64,000 nt of DNA from Prorocentrum cordatum (taxonomy: Eukaryota): assembly GCA_963575745.1 (NCBI GenBank), contig CAUYUJ010000137.1:496001-560000 (forward strand). Direction: 5' to 3'. The notes beneath the pieces are model-generated. The model was not told where the DNA came from and did not search any database. It worked only from the letters and a program-made list of their open reading frames with translations. Below are positions 27,287-39,900 of this stretch, in pieces. Each line of letters begins with the position of its first letter. The stretch's first letter is position 1. A program made the position numbers and the translations under genes.

Positions 27287-28056
27287 TAGAGAAAGGGAAG
27301 GACAAGGGAAGGGTCGCGTCGCGACCTGGGCGCCCCGTCCTCCCGGGAGCCCCCCCTCTTGGCCGCCCCCGAGGGCAGGGGGCCTGCGCCTGTTCCCCCC
27401 GGGCAGGGCCTGCTGAGAGCTGCGGTCTGTCCCGCGGCGCTGGGTCGGGCGGGGCCGCGCGTCCGCGGGGCCGCCCCCCCGGGGGCGCGCGCCGGCGGGG
27501 GGAGGTCTCGGGAGGGCGCGGGAGGCCGGCCGGCGGCCCATGGACCTGGACTCCCCCCCTCCCCCCCTGGGTGGCGGCATCCGAGCGCCACCCTCGCCAA
27601 CCATCGCTTCTCCTGGGTCGGTGGGAGGCGGGAGCGGGGCTCGGATCTCGCCGCGTGATCGACGAGTTCCGAGCCCTGCCCTCGCCGCCCACCGGGGTGC
27701 TGAAGTCGTCGATCGGCGAGGGCAGGGTTCGGGTTCGCCGCCGATCCGATGCCTCCGTCCGTCGGTTCCCCCGCGCCTGCCCCCCTTCCCGGGGCGCACC
27801 GCCGAGCCCTATCAGGGCCCTGGTCGTGCTTCGCGCCGTCGCGCCTCACGATGCGTTACGTTCATCGCGTCGTCGGACCTCGGACCTCGGGCTCTTCCCC
27901 GCCGGTCGCGTCGTCGGACCTCGGTCTCCCTTCCCCGCCCACCACCCCCCCGAGGGTCGCTAGGAGTCGGCGGGCGTGGAGGATGCCTCGGGCGCCGAGG
28001 CCGCCCCGGATCGTTGCAGAACGCCCCGAGAGCGTCCTGGATCGAACTGTCCTCAT

Positions 28057-28233
28057 CCTAGGCTGAGGTCGGGCATGTCCCCCTACAGGGGGATTTGGGC
28101 GAAGAATAGAAAAAAACTCAAGAGAAGCACCCACCAAATGGACAAACATAGTCAAAACATCGTCCCGCACTATTTGTTTACTATCTTTAAATTTATCCTG
28201 TAGAGGGACAGGCCCGTCATAATTAATCCTAGG
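28057..28233. repeat. MITE-like family F
   Basis: gtcgggcatgtccccctacagg ... cctgtagagggacaggcccg; copies at ~11515-11683, 28490-28595 (partial) and 29503-29612. Confidence 0.7.
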
Positions 28234-31200
28234 CCTACCTGACCCTCTGCCCCCCACCATCCTGCCGGTAGTATCTGCTCGCCGCCGACAATGGTGGCCT
28301 CCCAGCTGGGGTCGGAGCACATGGGTCGGACGCTCCACATCGCCGATGCATCGCCGATGCACCGGCGACGCACCGGCGACGCACCGGCGACGTCGGCGAC
28401 GCCGGCGTGGAGAAAATCGGCCCCACATCGAGCCGCATCGCCGATGCATCGGCGATGCGGCGCGATCCTCAGACCCCATCTACTCGGACCTCAAAAAGAA
28501 ACAAAAAAAAAACTCCAAAAATCGTCCCCGCACTATTTCTTTACTATGTTTGAATATTCCTCCTGTAGAGGGACAGGCCCGACTTAATCCTAGGCCTACC
28601 TGACCCTCCCCCCCCACACGCCTTCGGAGGAGAAACACAGACCACCCTGAGACCCCCGGTCGCCCATGGGTTCATGGTGTGGGCACGTCACGCTCTCCAT
28701 CGCAAAACCTTCGAAGACCAAGAAACCCAGGGCACCCTGGAGGCAAGCAGGGTGTTTTTGTTGGCATGGGCCCCCACCTGTAGGCCTACCTGACCCTCCC
28801 CCCCAAGCCTTCGGAGGAGAAACGCGGACCACCGCCGCCGAGAACCCATCGGCGAGGTGCCCGCCCCTGGGCGGTGGCACGCCCGAGCGTCACCCCAATG
28901 CAAGATGACGCTCGGGAGTGCCACCGCCCAGGGGCGGGCACCTCGCCGAGGGGCTCTCGGCGGCGGTGGTCCGCGCTCCTCCCCGGAATCCTCCCTGCTC
29001 GGCTGCGAGCGAGGGGGGAAATGAGAAGACGAAGGCCTTCTCAGAAGGCGGCGGGACTTCTCAGAAGCCATCGCGCCTTCCGAGAAGATTTCTGCGTTTG
29101 CGGGGAAGGCTTAGAAAGCTTCTCCGAAGGCCGGGGGACTTCCAAGCCTTCTGAGAAGGCCCGCCCCTTCTCACTTCGCGCCCTCGCTCGCCGCCCACCT
29201 GCAGAATTGGGGAAACCAGAAGTTGCCGATCTGACAAGATGTTCGAGGCGAACTAACGGTGGCGACGAGGGCCTCCCAGGAAGCCAAAAGAGGGCGAAAA
29301 CGAGGGACCGGCAGCAGTATGGGTACCGTCAACCCGCATGGCAAGGATGAGCAACTTTCCAAGGCTAGCTTCGAATCCTTGCCCAGTCGGCCCATCCTTT
29401 GAGACGTTCGCTGGCCAGCCTCGTTCGAAAAACGTTCACACGGGCCTCCAAGGCACTTGCATCCCTACCGCACATCCTTATGACACGGGTTGCCTGTACC
29501 TCTAAATCGGGCGTGTCCCCCTGCAGGGGGATTTGGGGCGAACAAATGAAAATACTGAAAGAATACCCCCCAGATCAAAACATCGTCCTGTAGAGGGACA
29601 CGCCCGAGTTGACTGTACCTCTTCCTCCCCTGCAGAGCTTGCTCGCCGCCGACAACAGAGGCACGCAGCCCTCGCCTGGGGAGGGAGGCACGGCCGCGCA
29701 GACCTCGCCGCCCCCGGCCAGCTCAGCTGGCCCGCGCCGGCGCGGCGCGGCCGCCCCTCCTCTCGGGGTGGACGCTGGGGGGGGGCTTCACGCAGGGAGA
29801 TTTAGCCAAGGGTTTTCTGCGAAGGGGGGGGGGTTAGCGAAGGGGGATGTTGCCCGGGACCCCCTTTGCAAAAAGCCGATTCGCCCAAATCTGACTCGCG
29901 CAGCCGGTCTGTGCAGCGCAGCCCAGCGCCCTCGAGGCGCCCTTGTAATCGAGCGAAGCGCCCTGCAGCGAAGGGGAGACTTCACGAGTGGCGAACCATC
30001 GATTATCCCGAATCGGTTGGAGGCGGGGGTAGGTCTCGGATTTCGACCCCCGCCGCCAATCGAGTTGCTGAAATCGTTGATCGGCACGGTGAGTGCTCGC
30101 ACTTCGCCGTCGATTCAACGCCTTCATGAGTCGGCCCCCCATCCCTCACGAGCGGCAAACCTGGCTATACCTGCGCCCCCGCGGTCCGGATTCCAGGACG
30201 CGATCCCGCGGATACGCGGTCGCACGGATACGTTCCGCACGGGGCATCCGCGACAAAAACGCCCCGCACCCCGGCGTCGCGGCCCAGGACGCCTTCACTT
30301 GTCACTCCCACTCCCGCCCCCCGTCCCTCACGGAGGCGCCCGCGCAATCGGGGGAGGCACCCTGCATCCTGGGCCCTGGGCGGCCCCCCATCCCGCCCCC
30401 CATCCCTCACGGAGGCGCCCGTGTGATCGGAAGCGCGCCGATCCTGGCAAAGCCCGCCCTGGGCCCAGGATAGGAGGAGGAGGAGGAGGAGGAGGAGGAG
30501 GAGGAGGAAGAGGAGGAGGAGGAGGAGGAGGAACACCACCCCGGTTAGCGCAACAGCTCCTGGTGAACTACATGCCGAAATTCATTTTGACGTGCCCTCG
30601 CACGGATGGACTGCCCAGCAAATCTGGCTACCTGGGACCTGTTCAGTAGGCCTTTCCTGCGGGCAGCATTGAACGATGAGAATAACAAATCAGAAGTTAA
30701 AGCACTTGCATGAGTCTGTTCGCGCGCAAGGGCCTCAGAGAGAACACTGTGGGGAGACGACCAGCGATGGGGAAGGATGCAGGCAACAGGATCGACACCC
30801 CAGAAAGAGGGGAGCTGGGGCAGCAAGCGGCGAATACACGGCACAGCAATGGGGCACTCAAAGAAGCGCGGAATGATGTCGGTCCCAGGACACGGGCACC
30901 CGAAAACACACTGAGCGGCGGCTTGACGGAATCACTTGCTCGTCGGCCAAACGTTGGAAAGAGTTTTGAGGATGGACGCAATGATGTAACTAGGGGCATT
31001 CTACCTACAGCATCAAGACGGCGGATAGTCAGTCAGCATCAGCAGAAGTACAAACACTGCCCCAAGATTGCATACGATTGATGACAAGGCGATTGGAGTA
31101 GATGGTGATACGAGTTAGAAGGAGGAACTTTGCGATAGCATGTTGAAGTGGTCGGGGGGGTTTGTCGGAGGGAACGTCTGGAATAGCTATATCACTGTCG

Positions 31201-32283
31201 TATGCTTTTCTCCTGATAATGAAGAGAAGCTTGCGGTGGTAGGGGTGCAGGGAATAGGCGGGGCAAAATTCGTCATCTTCTACAAGTGCCGCGAAACGAC
31301 TACTCATCTCCTAGAACTGCATTGACCTTAGCGCCGTCCTCAGCAGCGACGCGCGTGCAAGGATACTGATCGAGCGGCACTCCAACGACAAACCCAAACG
31401 TTTCAGATGGAACATCACCTTGGGAGGGAATGAGTGACGAGGGGCACGAGGAAGCCGCTGGCGCGAGTCACGTTCACATCGGAGCAGTTCTTTACTTGGC
31501 GGGGATAACTACGCAACGCGTGAGCATACTGGTACAGCATACGTGTTGCAGGCTTGGATACTCTGCACAAAACTCAAGCCCATTTTGCGCACTGCATCTG
31601 TACGTGCCCGCAATTTGCTGGCCACCGGATCCCATGGCGATAGATACCCATCCCACCCAATCCGCGCACCCAGAAGCTTACCCGAATGTTGAGGCAAGAA
31701 CTTCGAAACGTTGAAGCCCCTGGTCTGAACCCCCTCGAAGACCATCGTTATTATTAATATTGATCCTAATGATGGCACACTTGCCGGTGGCCGCCCCAGA
31801 GACAATCATCCTCTTCAGGACGAACGGTAACACCATAAACATATCCCTGGCAGCCAAAGAGAAAGATCGTCGGCGAACGCACGCATCTCGAACTCAAGGC
31901 GGGGTCTTCATTGGAAGGATATCGGAGAACTGGAACCAACGCGAAAAGCACCCCGCTGAGCGGGCATCGTTGTTCCACACCTCTTTTTGCAGCATAACCA
32001 TGCTTCCCGAACTCGCCCATGGATGCGCACGTCCATGCATCATCATATAGAGCAGCGATCGCCGACGCGAGAACTGTTGCCAAGCCCTTGCGCTTCAGCA
32101 CAATATCCAGCTGCGACACGCGCTTGGAAAGGCATTCTTGAAATCGAAGAGCCCAAGCCCGCTCTTCAGCTCGCGCCCCCCCCCCCCCCCCCCCCCCCAG
32201 CGCACACGCGCGCACACGCGCATTTTTATATATATATATATATAATATAATATATATATATATATATTAAAAAAAAATTATAT

Positions 32284-32333
<50 letters not shown>

Positions 32334-33093
32334 AAAAATCCATCTGTGTGATCTCATAATGCATCATCCTTCCTCGCACGAATCCTCGCTGAACTCCATG
32401 AAAATATTCCGAAGCAACATGGTTTAATGTGGTAGTTAGGACAGCACTGACCATTTTACTGTCCGCGTTGGATAGCGAGAGCGGCTGAACAACAGTTGGT
32501 TCCCTTATCTCCTCCCCACCATCCAGGATCTCCCCCTCGGGTCAAAAGACTGCACGACAGTAAGTAATTTGCGGATGAAGCCGCCCGCCTTCCAGAATGT
32601 GCCGATGCAGATCATAGGGGGCAGCGCGTTGAACCTCTCCCGAGTTGCGCCATGCAGAATAAGGCACTCCGTCAGGCCCTGCTGCAGAGTCACTCCTGGC
32701 TTCCAGGATCCTGAAGAAGGCCGTCTCGTCCAAGACCCAGTCGAACCTCTGGCGGGTGCTATTCACATACTGTTCACCTGACCCATCAACCGTTTGGATG
32801 CACCCAAGCGGCGGATGAGTGGAGGGAGGTCGTTGGCAGTCAAGAGGATCAGGTTCATGTTCGCTGTCAAATATGTTGCCCCAGTGCCGAGTCAAGAATT
32901 CAGCAGCTGCATTCGGATCTGAGTGCAACTCACCAGAGGGTTCACGAACGGCAACGAGCCTAATCCTGGGACGCGAAGAAGCGCAGGTAGATGCTAACCG
33001 ACGCACACGGCAAATTGCCTGCTCCGCGGCTGCTGACCCCTCCCTCATCTCCCTGCGGACCTCGGCCTCCTCCTCCTCAGGCTGCAATGTCAT

Positions 33094-34993
33094 GGAGGGT
33101 GCGCCGCTGGATCTCCCCAGGGGGGGTCCTACCCCCTCCCCCCCTTCCCCGATCCGTCGTCGGGGACCCCCCCCTCCCCCCCGGCCCCCAACCCGTCGTC
33201 GGGGACCCCCCCCCTCCCCCCCGGCCCCCAACCCGTCGTCGGGGACCCCCCCCTCCCCCCCCTCAAAAAAGATGGGGTCCCGCCCCCCATCCCCCCCCTT
33301 TCGCCACGCCCGCCCCCTGACTCTCCGGAACCCGACCCCCCGCCACCCCCCTACCCCCCAGTCCTGCCGCTAACCAAACCCCTAATCCCAAAACCACCAC
33401 TAGACCCAGCCCCAAAGAGCGCTCACTACTCATTACTCACTACCCACAACTGACTACTCGCTATTCGCTACTCACTTCTACCTACCCCCTACTCACTACT
33501 CACGACTCAACTATCCACTACTCACTAACAACCACCCACTACTCGCAACTCACAACTCCCAACTCAATACTCCTTCCTCCCTACACACTACTCACTACTC
33601 ACTCCTCACTGCCCACTGCTCAATACTCGCTACTCACTACTCACTAAGAACTACGCACTACTCCCTACTCACTACTCACTACTAACTACTCATTACCCAC
33701 TATCCACGCCTCACTACTCACTACTAACTGCTCATTGCCCACACATCACTACTCACTACCCACTACTCGCTACTCGCTACCCCCCCCCCCCCCCCCCCCC
33801 CCCCCCACTCCCTACACAATACTGACTACACAGTACTCAGTACTCACTGACTCGCTACTCCCTACTCGCTACTCAATATTCACTACTCACTCCCCGCTAT
33901 TCACTATTCACTACTCATTACTTACTACTCCCTACTCACTAGTCGCTACATAGTCTCTAGTCACTAGTCACAACTCACTAGTCACTAGTCACTAGTCACT
34001 AGTCACTTAGTCACTACCCACTACTCACCAATCGCTACTCACTACCCACTATTCGCCACCCACTTCTTACTACTCACTGCTCACGAAACCCTACTCCCTA
34101 CTCCCTACTCACTACTCACTACTCACTACTCACTACTCGCTACTCCCTACTCGTTACTCACTAATCACTACCTACTAATCACTACTGGCTACTCCCTACT
34201 CACTACTCACTACGCCCTACTCGCTCCTCACAACTCACTACTCGCTACTCGCTACTGGCTACACACTGCTCACTACCCACAGCCACTACCCACTACTCTC
34301 TATTCATCACTACTCACTACTCACTACTCACTACGCACTACGTACTCTACTCAGTACTCACTACTTACTACTCGCTACTCACTACTCACTTCACGCTACT
34401 CACTACTCACTACTCACTACTCACTACTCATTACTCACTATTTCCTACCCAGAACGCTCTACGCACTACCCACTACTCACTACTCACTCATCACTACTCG
34501 CCACCCACTACTCACTACCAACTACTCACTACCCACTACTCATTACTCCCTACTCTCTACTCGCTACTCGCTACTCACTACTCACTACTCACTACTCGCC
34601 ACTCACTACTCACATATCAGTACACACTACTCACTATTCACTACTCCCCACTCCCTACTCCCTACTCCCAACTCGCCACTCACTACCCACTACTCAGCAC
34701 CCAATACTCACTACTCACTACGCACTAACTCACTACTTACTACTCACCACTCCCTACTCCCAACTCCGCACTCCCTACGCGAGGGGGCGGGGAACCGACC
34801 CCCCCCCCCCTCCTTTCCAGCGCCAAGGAGGGGAGGGGGGGGGGCGTCCGGAGCCCCCCCCCCCTTCGAAGGAGGAGTAAGGGGCGGAGTTCGCCCCCCC
34901 CCCCCCCCCCCCCCCCCAAAAAGGAGGGGGGGGGGGGTGGGGTTCTGGACCCCCCCCCCTAGTGTACTCGGGGAGATCCACTGGCGCACTTTC
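33094..34993. mobile_element. Non-autonomous TIR element (Mutator-like) nested in LINE 2 ORF2
   Basis: Imperfect TIRs gtgcgcc..tggatctcccc..agggggggtcc at both ends; 10-bp direct repeat GCAATGTCAT at 33084-33093 and 34994-35003; removing it rejoins LASLMTL-QPEEEEAEV. Confidence 0.8.
33420..34775. repeat. Heptamer (CTACTCA)n satellite
   Basis: About 1.35 kb of ctactca/ctactcc/ctactcg units. Confidence 0.92.
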
Positions 34994-37400
34994 GCAATGT
35001 CATCAGCGATGCAAGATGCACATGAAATCCACGCTGGTCGATCCAGGTCATGCTGGGGAGGTTGAAAAACTTGCGCAACCTGCGATATCCTCGACAGGGG
35101 CGAAAGGCATGCGCGCCGCTGCTCGAGCGGGCTACGCGCACGAGCTGCAAAGCACAGGCAGCACGTTCTGGATCTGTCTTGGCCCCTGCGACCTCGACGC
35201 ACCTCCGCGCGTCTGCCGCGGCAATGTGAAAGACCTTTTTTTCAGCCCAGCGACTCGAAATTCTGGTTCATAGCTCAGGGAAGTCGTTCAAACATGATAT
35301 TCCACGAATTCTCTGAATGGGACGCGTTTGGCAATCCACGAGGGCATATTCTGCATTCCAGTCCCCTGGGGCACGCGGCGGTCGCTGGCACAGGAACACT
35401 GGCGCGTGGTCAGACGGCTCGCAGTTGTCCGCGACTTGCCAGGAGACCCCAATATTAGGCCGATGGTCCAACAGCGCCGGGGCCTCCAAATTCACGTAAA
35501 AACAATCGAGTCGAGCGATGGACTGACGATCTCGAACAACAGCACGATGAGTGAACGCCGCGTGCTCGACCTGACTGCACCTGGGGAAATTTCATCACAG
35601 ACGGTGGTTAACCTTGACGGCAAGGGAGAGGAGTGCGGGGGTAGAACATAGAACCGTGCTTCTCCTTGCTCGCGAAAGTTGAGACCACCCACCAGCACGC
35701 TGCAGGCTTGAAATTGAGGAAGAAGGAACCGCGAGAGACGACCAAGGGCATTCCTAGCGAAACCTCCCGACCAATCTGGATCAAGACGTTGCCCCGAGAG
35801 CTGCAAGATTCCTTTGGCGCCGACAAGGGCGAGGGTGAGGGCGCGGCCAGGAGCGCAAACAGACGACGGAACATAATCAAACAGATCTATGAGTTTCCTC
35901 CGTGCCAGGAATACGACCCCTCCATCGTGCGACTCGCTAATGAACGACCCAAAGATCTGGAACTCGGGGTAAGCACTTTCCAGGGCGCGCGGGCCCCCCT
36001 CCTGGCCATGGGTTTCCTGCGCGCAGATTGCGCCCATTTTCCTCGAAAGCCTGGCCAACGCTTACCTATTTTTGAGACCGCGGAGGTAGTGAGTGGAGAT
36101 GGAGCGAAACAGAGCCCGCGCATCCCACGAGCACATGCGCAGAGGCTGAGACGGCAGAAAGGGTTTGGCCACCGAAGGGCCACGCACAGGCGCGGGCCCT
36201 ACTGCACCCCCAGTAGAACATGTCGCTGTGGACGAGAAGGTTGCCGATGCAGCCGAGGAAGGAATGGCTGCCGCTGGCCGCGCATCTGCAGCGCCCCCAG
36301 AACTGCCGGCACATGCGCTCGACGAGGAGGAAGAACTGGCGATCTGGTTGTCGCTGTCAGTGTCGAAGTTGAATTCTGAAACGGCCTCCGATAAGCGCGA
36401 TGAACTTGTTTGTCAAATGTAGGCGCCCCTCGTGTTGATGTCGGCCATTATTATTTTCATTTTGGTGGAGTCTCGCAGGTCTCCTCGCCCACCTCGAATG
36501 CGAAGAACGCGTGGCTGACCTCTGAGGTAGAAACCAAAGGCCATACGTCTTCACCATCGGTCCAGTGAACCGAGCCCTTGTATCCGTTGATGATTGGCTT
36601 GCTCTGAGGCGTGAATTCGGGACTGCTCGGCGATGGGGTCCCAGCATCTGCTCAGCGCCCGCTGCGTGACCCTGACGTCCTTCGGGAGGTCCGTTCTCGC
36701 TTCCAAGTAGTGCACACTCCCATCTCTCGGGTCGGTCAAGGAAGATATGGCTTCGTCGAACATCTCCGTGAAATCCTTCGCGATGGTCTCGCTGGTGATG
36801 CAAAGGCGATATGATTGACAGTACGTGGTACTGTGGCTCAACGTTGTTCAGCATGGTGGAGGTCATCAGGAGCTTCACCTGCTCGAAATGCTCCTGACGT
36901 TTGCTGGCCAGCAGGGGCCTGGGAAATAAGCCAATCCACCTACGGTTCTCGTCGAACGTGTATGATATCGGGTGGCTGGGAGCGGGGGGGGGTGCATCTG
37001 GATGGCGGCGCTCATCGTCAGGTTTCGTCCTCTTCGTCATCGGTGCTGCGCCTCCGCGAAGCACCTCCCATGATGCGGTGCTGGCAGAGGCGGTCGAGCA
37101 TCCCGTTCGAGCTTGGCTTTGAAGAACAGCGATGATAGCAGCATGTTTCTGGAACTGCTTATGTACCTGATCCAGCGATTTGGCCTGGCTGTCGATGGTG
37201 CTCTTGTGGTCGTCCAACTTCCCATTCAGCACACCCGACAAAATGCCAAATGCTCCGCGAAGCTGCTCTGGAGGTTGGCTTGCATGCTCTGCATCTGTTT
37301 CGTCATGTTGTCGCTCAGGGTGGTCTGGATATGTGCGACGACCGCTTGGAGCTGATCACTCGCCATGGCTGCACAAAGGACGGTTGGCGCACACCCAGGA

Positions 37401-38620
37401 AAAAATTAGCCTGACGAAAGACCCAACCATACGTAGTTGTGAATACCGCAATTGTGGATATATTCCTCGGTGGCGCCCCCGGGCCACGAAACGAGTGAGG
37501 GGTGTGCCAGAATGGGGGGGGTGGAACCGCATGCGGGCGCAGCCACTGGGGCCTTCGGTGGAGCTCCTTATGGGGCCACGAAACGTGTGAGGGGTGTGCC
37601 AGAATGGGGGGTGGCACCGCATGCGGGCGCAGCCACTGGGGCCTTCGGTGGAGCTCTCTATGGGGCCACGAAACGTGTGAGGGGTGTGCCAGAATGTGGG
37701 GTGGAACCGCATGCGGGCGCAGCCACTGGGGCCTTCGGTGGAGCCCTTATGCCACGAAGCGTGTGAGGGTGTGCCAGAATTGGCACCGCATGCGGCGCTG
37801 GGGCCTTCGGTGTAGCTCCCTATGGGGCCACGAAACGTGTGAGGGGTGTGCCAGAATGGGGGGTGGAACCGCATGCGGGCGCAGCCACTGGGGCCTTCGG
37901 TGGAGCTCCCTATGGGGCCACGAAACGTGTGAGGGGTGTGCCAGAATGGGGGGTGGAACCGCATGCGGGCGCAGCCACTGGGGCCTTCGGTGGAGCTCCC
38001 TATGGGGCCACGAAACGTGTGAGGGGTGTGCCAGAATGGGGGGTGGAACCGCATGCGGGCGCAGCCACTGGGGCCTTCGGTGGAGCTCCCTATGGGGCCA
38101 CGAAACGTGTGAGGGGTGTGCCAGAATTGGGGGTGGAACCGCATGCGGGCGCAGCCACTGGGGCCTTCGGTGGAGCTCCCTATGGGGCCACGAAACGTGT
38201 GAGGGGTGTGCCAGAATGGGGGGTGGAACCGCATGCGGGCGCAGCCACTGGGGCCTTCGGTGGAGCTCCCTATGGGGCCACGAAACGTGTGAGGGGTGTG
38301 CCAGAATGGGGGGTGGAACCGCATGCGGGCGCAGCCACTGGGGCCTTCGGTGGAGCTCCCTATGGGGCCACGAAACGTGTGAGGGGTGTGCCAGAATGGG
38401 GGGTGGAACCGCATGCGGGCGCAGCCACTGGGGCCTTCGGTGGAGCTCCCTATGGGGCCACGAAACGTGTGAGGGGTGTGCCAGAATGGTTGTGGGAGGG
38501 GGAGGAGGGGGGAGGAAGGGGAGGAGGAGGAAGGAGGAAGGAGGAAGGAGGAAGGAGGAAGGAACGCGGGGACCGTCTCTTCAAAACGAGGACCCAACAA
38601 CACAGGTTGGTTGGGAAAAA
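37401..38620 (-). mobile_element. Helentron-associated (HINE/DINE-1-like) non-autonomous element, copy 1, in the 5' region of LINE 2
   Basis: Ends aaaattagc..cgaaagaccc.accata and ttcaaaacgagg.cccaac..caggttggttgggaaa are shared with copy 2; CCCAACCA sub-terminal inverted repeat with a terminal hairpin; A/T runs at both ends; central tandem array plus purine microsatellite. Confidence 0.6.
37480..38488. repeat. 90-bp tandem repeat array (~11 units)
   Basis: Unit ggggccacgaaacgtgtgaggggtgtgccagaatggggggtggaaccgcatgcgggcgcagccactggggccttcggtggagctccctat; near-identical from 37820 to 38488. Confidence 0.95.
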
Positions 38621-38718
38621 AATGGTCCGCCTGGGCACGACACCCAGATTGCCCTTTTGAAGAGAGCTGCCCGCTCGTGGCCAGAGGAATTGGGCAAAGC
38701 CCGCTGCCGCTGTTGGCA

Positions 38719-38755
38719 CTTGAGCCAAAATGGTTTGAGCCAAAATGGCTACGGT
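38719..38755 (-). other. Tandem DinoSL plus relict SL at the 5' end of LINE 2
   Basis: Reverse complement ACCGTAGCCATTTTGGCTCAAA (21/22) immediately followed by CCATTTTGGCTCAAG (SL nt 8-22, exact). Confidence 0.93.
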
Positions 38756-39368
38756 GAGAGGAGGAGGAGGAGGAGGAGGAGGAGGAGGAGGAGGACAGGG
38801 AGGACAGGGAGGACAGGGAGGAGGGCGGGGAGCGGGGGCGGAGGAGAACGCGAATGAGAATGTCAGACCACTGCGTGATGATGGCGCCTTACACCTGAAA
38901 AGGGGGAGTCCCGCACGGATCCTTGTCGGAACTTCCTCTCGGCCTTTCTTGGAACGTTGGGCCAGGAGCCAAGGTGTCTCCTGGGAACAGGAAGAGACGT
39001 ACCCATCGGTCGGAAGGAAAGAACCGAAGCATGAAGTAGGAAAACAATAAAAATTCATGTGATCTCAGCCCGCGCCTTGAAGAAGGGGTTAAAGGGAAAA
39101 CCGCTCGACTCTTGACCTAGGAAAGCGCCTAAAGCAGATGAGGGTCTGGGACACCAAATCGCACATACGTTCAAGGACCGACGGGTATACACCGGTCCTG
39201 GGTCCAGGATGGGCCCGGCCAGGATCTTCGGTAACAACTCTGAGGAGCCTCCCATACGTTCTAATCGACGCTAAGCGACGCCCAGTCGAAGCCCAGTCGA
39301 CGCTAATCGACACTACGTCGGCGCTAAATCATCGACGAGCAGACGCCAATGGACGCTAACATACGAAG

Positions 39369-39624
39369 TGTGAAAGTTATATTGGCAAGGATGTGAGTTA
39401 TGGGATGATGTTTCGAATTATCTATGTTATTGCTCTCGCCCGCTCATGCTTGCACTCTCTTGTTTACTATTGCCATTTGTGGCTTGAACCCGCCCAGCTG
39501 AGGCGGGAGGGTGGACGCACCTATCGAACGCAGAGTTTGATTCGGTATAAGATATCCTATAATATGCCTGTCTTCTTCTTGCATCAAGAGGTTGTGGGTG
39601 GAAAGATTTGGAACATTAATTACA
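39369..39624 (+). repeat. 5' LTR (256 bp, TG...CA)
   Basis: 12 substitutions and no indels versus the 3' LTR by manual comparison (~95% identical). Confidence 0.95.
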
Positions 39625-39625
39625 C

Positions 39626-39640
39626 TGGTAGCGTGAGCTG
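39626..39640 (+). promoter_or_regulatory. Primer-binding site TGGTAGCGTGAGCTG
   Basis: TGG one nt after the 5' LTR; TGGTAGC fits the 3' end of an initiator-Met-type tRNA (inferred). Confidence 0.7.
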
Positions 39641-39900
39641 AATCAGTCCACGGTACGAGGATTACATACAGAGTGGCCTTGCAGACATATATGCTGGCGC
39701 TCAATTACATCCTCGCAGTGCTTAACCACTGCGCTCATCAACAGATCACGGTGATCGGCAAAACGCTCAAAATCATTACCTACAACAGCTTGGACGGAGA
39801 TCGAGATATCAACAACATCCCGGGCGAGCAGCAGAACTAAAGCAACGAACTAGACAGCTACTACATCGGTAACAAGCTCAGTAGCATCACAGACATCAAG

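Larger units (their letters stand above)
30533..38755 (-). mobile_element. Decayed LINE 2 (SL + relict SL, ORF1, APE, RT), interrupted by nested insertions
   Basis: APE QETH (36008-36019), GGLNF and SDHAPV (SDH 35406-35414); linker SAAGPDG (~32668-32690); RT GVEQRCPLSG and RAFADD (AFADD 31866-31880); ORF1-like ~36400-37370; (GGA)n at 30473-30532 and 38758-38830. Confidence 0.88.

Noticed and set aside
32175..32340. C-run/(TA)n block inside LINE 2 RT as a separate element
   Set aside because: No TIR or TSD found; low-complexity expansion or poor-quality sequence.
37480..38488. Regular array as a CRISPR, or the 415/451-aa repeat ORFs as proteins
   Set aside because: Units are head-to-tail identical with no unique spacers and no cas genes; the ORFs are by-products of a 90-bp unit.
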